Source: Vicinamibacterales bacterium
GTDB lineage: Bacteria > Acidobacteriota > Vicinamibacteria > Vicinamibacterales > CAVVIG01
Assembly (NCBI GenBank): GCA_036268855.1
Contig: DATATJ010000092.1
Location: 1 to 54,198 of the forward strand
Length of the DNA: 54,198 bases
Reading direction: 5' to 3'
The position numbers were made by a program, and so were the translations under genes. The notes under the pieces are model-generated. The model made no database searches. It was not told where the DNA came from and saw nothing but the letters and a program-made list of their open reading frames with translations. Of this stretch, positions 35,858-44,171 are shown piece by piece. Position 1 is the stretch's first letter. Every line of letters starts with the position of its first letter.

Positions 35858-36175
35858 ATGACTGAGATCGTGATGGTCCTCACCACGGTCGCGGACGATG
35901 AGCGCGCGGAACAGCTCGCGAGGCGTCTGGTGGACGAGCGGCTGGCCGCCTGCGTCAACCTCCACCTGCCGATGGTGTCGATGTATCGCTGGCGCGGGAC
36001 GCTCGAGCGCGACAGCGAGCGTCAGATGGTGATCAAGACGACGCGCGATTGCCTGCCTGCCCTCGAAGCGCGGCTGACGCAGCTCCACGCCTACGAGCTG
36101 CCTGAGTTCCTGATCGTGTCGGTGGACGGCGCGAGCGGCGCGTACGAGAAATGGGTCCGGGAGGAGACGTCCTAG
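35858..36175 (+). CDS. cutA: divalent-cation tolerance protein CutA
   Basis: VMVLTTVADDERAEQLARRLVDERLAACVNL...MYRWRGTLERDSERQMVIKT...HAYELPEF is canonical CutA1. Confidence 0.85.
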   Translation: MTEIVMVLTTVADDERAEQLARRLVDERLAACVNLHLPMVSMYRWRGTLERDSERQMVIKTTRDCLPALEARLTQLHAYELPEFLIVSVDGASGAYEKWVREETS

Positions 36176-36846
36176 CGGCGTCCAACGCCCTGTCGGGCGC
36201 TCGGTTCAGAGGTGCCCGTCCGGGACTTGCGAAGGATCTCGACGAGCACCGGCAGCACCGAGACGGTGACGATGCCGATCGTCACCAGCGAGAAGTTGTT
36301 CCTGACGACCGGCACGTTGCCGAACAGCAGCCCGGCGCCCAGGCAGAGGCACACCCATCCGGCGGCGCCGATCGCGTTGTAGAAGACGAACGTCGGCGAC
36401 GTCATTTGGGCCGCGCCGGCGACGAAGGGGACGAACGTCCGCACGATTGGCACGAACCGTCCGAGCACGACCGCCTTGCCCCCGTACTGTTCGAAGAACG
36501 CGTGCGCCCGCTCGAGATGCTGCTGGTTGAGCAGGCGATGCGACAGCGCCGAGCGATCGGTGGCGTTGAACACCCGCGGCCCGATCGCGCGTCCCACGGC
36601 GTAGTTCACCGCATTGCCCGCAAACGCCGCGAACGCGAGCAGCGCGAGCGCGGCCCAGGTGTTCAGCGCGCCGGTGGCGCACAGCGCGCCCGTCGCGAAC
36701 AGGAGCGAATCGCCGGGCAGGAACGGCGTCACGACGAAGCCGGTCTCGGCGAAGACGATCGCGAACAGGAGCCCGTACACCCACGATCCGTAGGCAACCA
36801 CGAACTCGAGCAGCTTCTTGTCGGCGTGGAGAAAGAGGTCGATCAC
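36172..36846 (-). CDS. DedA-family membrane protein
   Basis: GSWVYGLLFAIVFAETGFVVTPFLPGDSLLFATGAL...FVPIVRTFVPFVAGA is the DedA signature. There is a 4-nt overlap with the upstream PLP-enzyme gene. Confidence 0.85.
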   Translation of the reverse strand: MIDLFLHADKKLLEFVVAYGSWVYGLLFAIVFAETGFVVTPFLPGDSLLFATGALCATGALNTWAALALLAFAAFAGNAVNYAVGRAIGPRVFNATDRSALSHRLLNQQHLERAHAFFEQYGGKAVVLGRFVPIVRTFVPFVAGAAQMTSPTFVFYNAIGAAGWVCLCLGAGLLFGNVPVVRNNFSLVTIGIVTVSVLPVLVEILRKSRTGTSEPSARQGVGRR

Positions 36847-38024
36847 GAGGCGACGCGGTCTAGCGCCTGGGCGAGATCATCCTTGAGGTCGTCGATGTCC
36901 TCGATGCCCGCGGAAATCCGGACGAGGCCATCGGTGAGGCCGAGCGCCGCGCGGCGATCCGGCGGGACCGACGCGTGCGTCATCGACGCCGGGTGGGAGA
37001 TCAGCGACTCGACCCCGCCCAGGCTCTCCGCCAGCGCGTGCAGCCGGACGCTGTTCAGCACCGTGCGCGCGGCTTCGAGCGAGCCCATCTCGAACGACAG
37101 CATGCCGCCGAAACCGCGCATCTGTCGCTTCGCGAGGTCGTGTTGCGGATGGGAGGGGAGCCCCGGATAGTAGACGCGCTGCACCTTGGGGTGCTTCTCG
37201 AGATATTCGGCGAGCGCGAGCCCGTTGGCGTTGTGCTGGATCATGCGGATCGGCAGTGTCTTGGTGCCCCGCAGTACCAGCCACGAGTCGAAGGGACCGA
37301 GGATGGCGCCTTCGGCATTCTGCACGAACTTGAGCCACTCGATGTCCTCGTCGCGCACGGCGGCGACGACCCCCCCGACGCTGTCGCTGTGGCCGTTCAG
37401 GTACTTCGTCGTGCTGTGGGTGACGAGGTCTGCGCCCAGCTCCAGCGGACGCTGCAGGTACGGGCTCGCGAACGTGTTGTCGACCACCAGCCGCGCATCG
37501 TACCGATGGGCGAGCTCGGCCGCCGCGCGCAGATCGGTGAGCTTGAACATCGGGTTGGTCGGCGTCTCGACGAACAATAGCCGCGTCGTGGGCGTGAACG
37601 CGCGCTCGATCGCCTTGAGGTCGGACGTGTCCACGTACGAGAAGGTCAGCTGATACCGGCGCAGCACCTTGTCGAACAGCCGGAAGGTGCCCCCGTACGT
37701 ATTGTCGGACACGATGACGTGGTCGCCCGCCTTGAGCATGGTGCCGATCGCCCCGATGGCGGCCATACCCGAGGCGAACGCGAACGCGGCCTTGCCGCTC
37801 TCGATCGCGGCGATGTTCCGCTCGAGCGCGAGTCGTGTCGGGTTCTGCGTGCGCCCGTACTCGAAGCCCTTGTGCTTGCCCAGCTCGTCCTGCACGTACG
37901 TCGACGTCTGGTAGATCGGCGTGATGATCGCGCCGGTCGAAGGGTCCGGCTCCTGGCCGGCATGGAGGCAGATGGTGCTGAATCGCGCGTTGGCTTTGAG
38001 CTTCACGATCCGTCTACGATACAT
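36843..38024 (-). CDS. Cys/Met-metabolism PLP enzyme (cystathionine gamma-synthase/beta-lyase family)
   Basis: FSTICLHAGQEPDPSTGAIITPIYQTSTY and the PLP lysine motif HSTTKYLNGHSD. Subfamily cannot be assigned without a search. Confidence 0.85.
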   Translation of the reverse strand: MYRRRIVKLKANARFSTICLHAGQEPDPSTGAIITPIYQTSTYVQDELGKHKGFEYGRTQNPTRLALERNIAAIESGKAAFAFASGMAAIGAIGTMLKAGDHVIVSDNTYGGTFRLFDKVLRRYQLTFSYVDTSDLKAIERAFTPTTRLLFVETPTNPMFKLTDLRAAAELAHRYDARLVVDNTFASPYLQRPLELGADLVTHSTTKYLNGHSDSVGGVVAAVRDEDIEWLKFVQNAEGAILGPFDSWLVLRGTKTLPIRMIQHNANGLALAEYLEKHPKVQRVYYPGLPSHPQHDLAKRQMRGFGGMLSFEMGSLEAARTVLNSVRLHALAESLGGVESLISHPASMTHASVPPDRRAALGLTDGLVRISAGIEDIDDLKDDLAQALDRVAS

Positions 38025-38050
38025 CTGCTAATATCGCGAAGTCCACGCCC

Positions 38051-40252
38051 ATGGCCGGATCACGCTCACGAGGAACCGCAGGCCTGCCGCCCCTGTCCGC
38101 TGCGGATCGGTCACTCGGCGTGCGAACGGCGCTGTTCGGCACATTGCCGGGCCGCGCAATCGTCGTCGGCCTGGCGGTCAAGATCGGGATCTTTCTCGTC
38201 GGCGTCGCGATGCGCGGCATTCCGGCATTCCTGGCGGTGGTGGACACCGTCGCCGGGCTCGTCATCGCGGTCGGCGCCACCTATTTTCTCTTCCGGCTGC
38301 TGGTGCTGGCCAAGCGGCGGCTGCTCTGGCGCGTCCGGCGCAAGCTGATCCTCTCCTACATTTTCATCGGTTTCGTCCCGGCGATTCTCATCGTCGGCTT
38401 TTTCCTCTTGTGCGGGTTCCTGCTGTTCTACAACTTCAGCTCGTACCTGGTGCAGAGCCGGCTGCGCGCGCTGAGCGATCGCGCGCGCGTCGTGGCCCAG
38501 AGCACCGCGGTCGAGATCCAGCGAGGCGGGGGACGCGACATCGTCGGTATCCTGGCGCGGCGCCAGGTGAACGCGGCCGAAGGGCGCGGCCTGGCGATCG
38601 CGGTCGTGCCCGTGCAGCGGACCTGCGAGCAGCGCGGCGCGGCGTCGGCCGACGCGCCCGGGCTGGCGGCCACCGTCACGGCCGCGGGCGCGTGGACCCA
38701 CCTCCAGCCTCCGTCATCTATTCCCGCGTGGCTGCCCTGCGCCGGATTCTCCGGTGTGTTCGCGTACGAGCACCGTCCGGACGGCCGCGCAGCCGACAGG
38801 GACACGCACATGCTGGTGCGCGCGGTCGCGTTTCCCGAATCGGCGCAGCCCCGGTACGCCGTCGTCGCCGACCTGCTGCTGGACGATGACGTCCGGACGC
38901 AGCTGCGGCGCGATACCGGCGTCGAGCTCAAGAGCGTCAGTGCGGTGCCGAACGAACACGGCGTGAAGCCGCTCGTCGGCGAAGGTGGCCCCGATCCGCA
39001 GCCTGCCGCCGACAATACCCGGAACGGCCTGCTGAACAATCTCGGGAGCCTGATGGAGTACCGCGATTGGGACACGGGCGCCGCGGGCACGCTGCTGGTG
39101 ATGACGCGCCTCAGCGTCAGCGACCTCTACGACCGCATCTCGTCGGCGGAAGGCATGGCTGGCCGGAGCTTCGGCCAGGGTCTGCTGCTGGCGCTGTTCG
39201 GCATCGGCGGCCTCTTCCTGATCATCGAGTTCATCGCGCTGGTGGCCGGGCTGGCGCTCGCCAAGTCGATCACGGGATCGGTGCACGAGCTGTTCGCTGG
39301 AACCGAGCGCGTGCGTCAGGGCGACTTCACGCACAAGATCGCCGTGAAGACCGAGGATCAGCTCGGCGAGCTGGCGGGCTCTTTCAACGAGATGACCGGG
39401 AGCATCGAGGATCTGCTCCGCCAGGCCGCCGAGAAGAAGCGGCTGGAGGAAGAGCTGCGCATCGCGAGGGAAATCCAGATGTCGCTGCTGCCGCAGGGGC
39501 CGCTGGTGATGCCGGGGCTGTCGCTCACTGCGCTGTGCGTGCCGGCGCGCGCCGTGGGCGGGGACTACTACGACTTCTTTCCGATGGCCGACAACCGGCT
39601 CGGCGTCCTGATCGCCGACGTGTCGGGCAAGGGCACCTCGGCGGCGCTCTACATGGCGGAGCTCAAGGGGCTCGTGCTCTCGCTCAGCCAGATTCACACG
39701 TCGCCGCGCGATCTGCTGATTGCCGCCAACCGCATCATCGCCAAGAACCTCGATGCGCGCAGCTTCATCACGATGACCTACGCAGTGATCGACCTGAACG
39801 CCGGGCGCATGACGTACGCCCGCGCCGGCCACACGCCGATGATGTACCTGCCGGGGCCGGGCTGCGGCGACTCGCGTGCCGTCCAGGTGCTCGCGCCGGA
39901 CGGCCTCGTGCTGGGGCTGAAGATCGACGATGGCGAGATGTTCGAGCGGCTGCTGGTCGAGTCGTCGATCCCGATGCACGCCGGCGACCTCTACGTGTTG
40001 TTCACCGACGGCATCACCGAGGCGATGAACGCCGCCGACGACTGCTTCGGCGAGCCGCGGCTGGCGCAGATCGTCGAGACGCATTCGGCGCTGCCGTCGG
40101 ATCAGCTGCGCGAGCGCGTGCTGCGCGAGATCGAAGCCTTCGTGGGCGACGCGCCGCAGCACGACGACATGACGATGATCCTGCTGAAGATCGACGACTC
40201 CGTCGGGGCGCCAACCAGCGCGGCGATCGCGGAGCACGTCGAGATTGGATAG
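38051..40252 (+). CDS. membrane sensor with HAMP domain and SpoIIE/RsbU-type PP2C phosphatase domain
   Basis: N-terminal TM helices, a second TM plus HAMP (...ITGSVHELFAGTERVRQGDFTHKIAVKTEDQLGELAGSFNEMT), then REIQMSLLP, GGDYYDFF, LIADVSGKG and FTDGITEA. Confidence 0.85.
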   Translation: MAGSRSRGTAGLPPLSAADRSLGVRTALFGTLPGRAIVVGLAVKIGIFLVGVAMRGIPAFLAVVDTVAGLVIAVGATYFLFRLLVLAKRRLLWRVRRKLILSYIFIGFVPAILIVGFFLLCGFLLFYNFSSYLVQSRLRALSDRARVVAQSTAVEIQRGGGRDIVGILARRQVNAAEGRGLAIAVVPVQRTCEQRGAASADAPGLAATVTAAGAWTHLQPPSSIPAWLPCAGFSGVFAYEHRPDGRAADRDTHMLVRAVAFPESAQPRYAVVADLLLDDDVRTQLRRDTGVELKSVSAVPNEHGVKPLVGEGGPDPQPAADNTRNGLLNNLGSLMEYRDWDTGAAGTLLVMTRLSVSDLYDRISSAEGMAGRSFGQGLLLALFGIGGLFLIIEFIALVAGLALAKSITGSVHELFAGTERVRQGDFTHKIAVKTEDQLGELAGSFNEMTGSIEDLLRQAAEKKRLEEELRIAREIQMSLLPQGPLVMPGLSLTALCVPARAVGGDYYDFFPMADNRLGVLIADVSGKGTSAALYMAELKGLVLSLSQIHTSPRDLLIAANRIIAKNLDARSFITMTYAVIDLNAGRMTYARAGHTPMMYLPGPGCGDSRAVQVLAPDGLVLGLKIDDGEMFERLLVESSIPMHAGDLYVLFTDGITEAMNAADDCFGEPRLAQIVETHSALPSDQLRERVLREIEAFVGDAPQHDDMTMILLKIDDSVGAPTSAAIAEHVEIG

Positions 40253-40294
40253 GGATGCCTTCGACGGCGGGGCGCCCGTTCGGCCTGTGATGTC

Positions 40295-41242
40295 GTGACG
40301 GACCTGGCTGTCATCTTCCACACGCACAGCGACGTCGAGGCGAGCATCGTCCATGCGCTGCTCGAGGCGCACGGCATCCCGTCGGTGGTGACGTCCGACC
40401 GGCCGCAGTCGATCTTTCCCGTCAGCATCAACGGGCTCGGCGACGTGCGCATCGCCGTGCATCAGGAGGATGCCGACGAAGCGGCGCGGATCATCGACAG
40501 CCACCGCACGCAGCTCTCGAGCGGACAGGTCGTTCGCCTGCGCGATGAGTTCGACGCGCTCCAGCGGGCGATCGGCTATCACTTCCGCGATCGCGGCCTG
40601 CTCGAGCACGCGATGACGCACACCTCGCGCGCGAATGAGGACGTCAGCGGCGGCGTGGCCGACAACGAATCGCTGGAGTTCCTGGGCGATGCGGTGCTGG
40701 GCTTCCTGATCGCCGACGCGCTGTTCCGCCAGTTCCCGGCGGCCGACGAGGGGCAGAAGTCGAAGATCAAGGCGGCGCTCGTGTCCACCGCGGCGCTGGC
40801 GCGGCAGGCCGAGGGGCTGCGGCTGGGCGACCATCTGCTCCTCGGGCGCGGGGAGGAGAAGACCGGCGGCCGGCGCAAGCAGGCGCTGCTCGCCGACGGT
40901 TATGAGGCGTTGATCGCGGCGATTTACCTGGACGGCGGGATCGAGCACGCACAGGCGTTCATCGCGCGCGAGTTCGGGCCGCTCATCGCGGACGTCCACG
41001 CCAGCGGCGAGACACCCGGGCAGGACTTCAAGTCGGCGCTCCAGGAGCTGGTGCAGTCGCGGAGGCAGATCCTGCCGGAGTACCGCCTCGTCGGTGCGCT
41101 CGGGCCGGACCATCGAAAGCTCTTCGAAGTGGAAGTCGTCGTCGGCGGCGAGCCGCTGGCACGCGCGAGCGGTACGAGCAAGAAAGAGGCGGAGCAGGAA
41201 GCGGCGCGGATCGCGCTGGAAAAAATCCGCGCCGAGCCGTGA
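40295..41242 (+). CDS. rnc: ribonuclease III with an N-terminal DUF2007-like extension
   Basis: RNase III signature NESLEFLGDAVLGFLIAD and a C-terminal dsRBD (DFKSALQELVQ...GTSKKEAEQEAA). The first ~72 residues resemble DUF2007 (see findings). Confidence 0.9.
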   Translation: MTDLAVIFHTHSDVEASIVHALLEAHGIPSVVTSDRPQSIFPVSINGLGDVRIAVHQEDADEAARIIDSHRTQLSSGQVVRLRDEFDALQRAIGYHFRDRGLLEHAMTHTSRANEDVSGGVADNESLEFLGDAVLGFLIADALFRQFPAADEGQKSKIKAALVSTAALARQAEGLRLGDHLLLGRGEEKTGGRRKQALLADGYEALIAAIYLDGGIEHAQAFIAREFGPLIADVHASGETPGQDFKSALQELVQSRRQILPEYRLVGALGPDHRKLFEVEVVVGGEPLARASGTSKKEAEQEAARIALEKIRAEP

Positions 41243-41254
41243 GGCTCGACGGGG

Positions 41255-42436
41255 TCAGTCGATCTCGATGATGCCCCAGGGCTTCTTGTCGTCTTCGGCC
41301 GCGGCGCCCGCCGTGGCGAGCGCGAGCGCCGGCTCGTGCGGCGGCGGCAGCCGCGGGAGCGCATACCGGTGAATCTCGCGCGCGACATCGTCTTCGGTCG
41401 GCGCGGACGCGCGGCAGTACAGGCGCACCCACACGCGGAGCAGCGGATCGCTGAAGCTGTAGCGCTTCTGCCGCGAGGCGACGAGATCGACGTCCTCGAG
41501 CCACGACAGGTAATCCTTCGTCGAGCCGGGCGTGCGCTGCAGGCGCTGCGAGATCTCGGTGAGCGTGAGCCCCTCTTCGTCGGCGAGGATCTCGAGGATC
41601 GCTTTCAGCGCCCCGTAGCCTCGCGCGCGGTGCAGCCGCAGCTCGTAGCAGAAGCCGCAGAGGCGGGCGAGCCGCCCGTCGGGCGCGAGCAGGCCGGCGA
41701 GCGCACTGATCGGATCTTCGCTGCCGGGCCGCCCGGCTCCTCCGGGCAGGGCGTGGTCGCGCAGCGCATTCAGCTCGTCGGCGAGCGCGCGCACGTACGC
41801 CGGACGCCCGTCGGTCAGCGCCTGCACCGTGCGCGCGAGGTACTCGACGTCGTGCGCATCGTGCGTGCCGGCGAGCGGACCGATGATGTCCATCGTGTCT
41901 TCGGCGGTGAGCGCCGGCATGTGGATCAGCTCGAAGCGCGCCGACCGGTCGCGCATCAGCCGCAGCGTCCGCGCGACATAGCGGCTCGTCAGGACGAAGC
42001 GATTGCCGCTGGCCGCGAGACCGTCCACGAGATCGTGGAGCACGCGACGCAGGCCGGGGAAGCTTTCGAAGGTGCGCAGCTCGAGGAACTCGTCGAGCAG
42101 GAACGTGACCGGTTCGCCCGCGCCGCTGCGCGTCGCGGCGAGGCTCACCAGCGTCGCATCGAATGCCGCGCGTGCGCCAGCGGGAGCCGTGGCGCCGCCG
42201 TCGCCGGCGGGGAAGGGCGATGCCGCGGCGATCGCGCGCAGAAACCGCTCGGGCGTCGTCGCGGTCCGCTCGACGTCGATGTGCTGCACGGTGCTACGGC
42301 CGATGCGGTCGCGCAGCTGCAGCAGCAGCGTCGTCCGGCCGCTGCCGGACCCGCCGATCAGCACGGGAATCCGCGACGGCGACGCATCGAGCGCTGCCGC
42401 GACGCGGCGGGCGAGCGTGGCGCGAGGCGTCAACAT
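41255..42436 (-). CDS. AAA-type ATPase (Arch_ATPase-like) with C-terminal winged-helix (DUF234-like) domain
   Basis: Walker [14 protein letters not shown] and Walker B VTFLLDEF, with a C-terminal ...[37 protein letters not shown]. Its ATG overlaps the hutU stop (ATGTTGA). Confidence 0.75.
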   Translation of the reverse strand: MLTPRATLARRVAAALDASPSRIPVLIGGSGSGRTTLLLQLRDRIGRSTVQHIDVERTATTPERFLRAIAAASPFPAGDGGATAPAGARAAFDATLVSLAATRSGAGEPVTFLLDEFLELRTFESFPGLRRVLHDLVDGLAASGNRFVLTSRYVARTLRLMRDRSARFELIHMPALTAEDTMDIIGPLAGTHDAHDVEYLARTVQALTDGRPAYVRALADELNALRDHALPGGAGRPGSEDPISALAGLLAPDGRLARLCGFCYELRLHRARGYGALKAILEILADEEGLTLTEISQRLQRTPGSTKDYLSWLEDVDLVASRQKRYSFSDPLLRVWVRLYCRASAPTEDDVAREIHRYALPRLPPPHEPALALATAGAAAEDDKKPWGIIEID

Positions 42437-44100
42437 CCGCCGACCTCACGCATCGGGATCCGCACGCCCTGGCGTTCGGCGGCGGCGATGGCCTCGGGGT
42501 AGCCGGCATCGGCGTGGCGCGCCACGCCGATGCCCGGATCGCAGGTGAGCACGCGCTCGAGCTTTTCGTCCGCGTCCGGCGTGCCGTCGGCCACGATCAC
42601 CATCCCGGCGTGCAGCGAGTAGCCGATGCCCACACCGCCGCCGTGATGGACCGACACCCACGTCGCGCCGCTCGAAGCATTCAAGAGCGCGTTGAGAATC
42701 GGCCAGTCGGCGATCGCATCGCTGCCATCCATCATGCCCTCGGTTTCGCGGTTCGGTGACGCGACCGATCCGGTGTCCAGGTGATCCCGGCCGATGACGA
42801 TCGGCGCCTTGATCCGGCCCTCGCGGACGAGCTCGTTGATGCGTAATCCGAATCGCGCGCGGTCGCCGTAGCCGAGCCACAGAATGCGCGCCGGCAACCC
42901 TTGAAAGGCGACGCGCTCGCGGGCGAGCTGAATCCAGCGCACGAGCGCGGCGTCGTGCCCGAACATCTCCAGCGCGGCTTCGTCCGTCGCTTCGATGTCG
43001 GCTGGATCGCCCGACAGCGCGGCCCAGCGGAACGGGCCCTTGCCCTCGCAGAAGAGCGGGCGGATATATTCCGGCACGAACCCGGGAATCTCGAACGCCC
43101 TCGCGACGCCGGCCAGCTGCGCCTGCGCGCGGATGTTGTTGCCGTAGTCGAACGTCACGGCACCGCGCTGCTGCAGGGCGAGCATCGCCTCCACGTGTAC
43201 GCCCATCGCCGCGATCGCGCGCGCGATGTACGTCTTCGGATCGCGCTCGCGCAGGCGCGCGGCCTCCTCGAGACCGAGGCCGTTCGGCACGTAGCCGTTC
43301 AGCGCGTCGTGCGCGGAGGTTTGATCGGTGAGCACGTCAGGCGTGAAGCCGCGCGCCACGAGCGCGGGCACAACATCGGCGGCGTTGGCGCACAGCCCGA
43401 CCGATCGCCCGACGCCGTCGCGCGCCCAGCGCGTGACGCGGCCCAGTGCGTCGTCCAGGCTGTCGGTCGACTCGTCCAGATAGCGCGTCTTGAGCCGGCG
43501 CGCGATCCGCTGCGGATCCACTTCGATCACCAGCGTGCCCGCGCCGTTCATCGCCGAGGCGAGCGGCTGCGCGCCGCCCATGCCGCCGAGCCCGGCGGTC
43601 ACGACGATGCGACCCGACAGGGTGCCGCCGAAATGCCGGCGCGCGACGGCCGCCAGCGTCTCATACGTGCCCTGCACGATGCCCTGGCTGCCGATGTAGA
43701 TCCAGCTGCCGGCGGTCATCTGGCCATACATCGTGAGGCCCTTGTGCTCGAGATCGCGGAAGTTCTCCCAGGTCGCCCAGGCTGGCACCAGCAGCGCGTT
43801 GGCGATGAGGACGCGCGGCGCGCCGGGATGCGTCTGGAACACACCCACCGGCTTGCCGGATTGCACGAGCAGCGTCTCGTCGTGCTCGAGCGCGGTGAGC
43901 GCGCGGACGATCGCGTCGTACGCCGGCCAGCTGCGCGCGGCCTTGCCCGATCCGCCGTACACGACCAGATCGTCGGGCCTTTCGGCGACGTCGGGGTCGA
44001 GGTTGTTCATCAGCATCCGGAGCGCGGCTTCCTGCGGCCACCCTTTACACGTCAGCGACGTGCCGCGGGGCGCTCGGATGATTCTGGTGGCAGTGGTCAT
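42430..44100 (-). CDS. hutU: urocanate hydratase
   Basis: 556 aa: [32 protein letters not shown]...[11 protein letters not shown]...[12 protein letters not shown]. Confidence 0.95.
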   Translation of the reverse strand: MTTATRIIRAPRGTSLTCKGWPQEAALRMLMNNLDPDVAERPDDLVVYGGSGKAARSWPAYDAIVRALTALEHDETLLVQSGKPVGVFQTHPGAPRVLIANALLVPAWATWENFRDLEHKGLTMYGQMTAGSWIYIGSQGIVQGTYETLAAVARRHFGGTLSGRIVVTAGLGGMGGAQPLASAMNGAGTLVIEVDPQRIARRLKTRYLDESTDSLDDALGRVTRWARDGVGRSVGLCANAADVVPALVARGFTPDVLTDQTSAHDALNGYVPNGLGLEEAARLRERDPKTYIARAIAAMGVHVEAMLALQQRGAVTFDYGNNIRAQAQLAGVARAFEIPGFVPEYIRPLFCEGKGPFRWAALSGDPADIEATDEAALEMFGHDAALVRWIQLARERVAFQGLPARILWLGYGDRARFGLRINELVREGRIKAPIVIGRDHLDTGSVASPNRETEGMMDGSDAIADWPILNALLNASSGATWVSVHHGGGVGIGYSLHAGMVIVADGTPDADEKLERVLTCDPGIGVARHADAGYPEAIAAAERQGVRIPMREVGGC

Positions 44101-44123
44101 GAAGGTACGGCGAAGAAAGATAG

Positions 44124-44152
44124 ACCTTAAGAAGCGGCGCGGACGTTGTCAA
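44124..44152 (-). promoter_or_regulatory. candidate sigma70-like promoter for hutU inside the hutH-hutU spacer
   Basis: The minus strand reads TTGACA (44152-44147), a 17-nt spacer, then TAAGGT (44129-44124), 24 nt upstream of the hutU ATG. The context is AT-rich and preceded by an A9 run. Confidence 0.3.
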
Positions 44153-44171
44153 TTTGAAAATGAATTTTTTT

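Noticed and set aside
38714-41113. 799-aa ORF on the minus strand, the longest ORF in the window
   Set aside because: It runs exactly antisense to the SpoIIE-type phosphatase and rnc, both of which have unambiguous family motifs. The translation is Arg/Leu/Asp/His/Gln-rich with no motif, as expected for a shadow ORF in GC-rich DNA.
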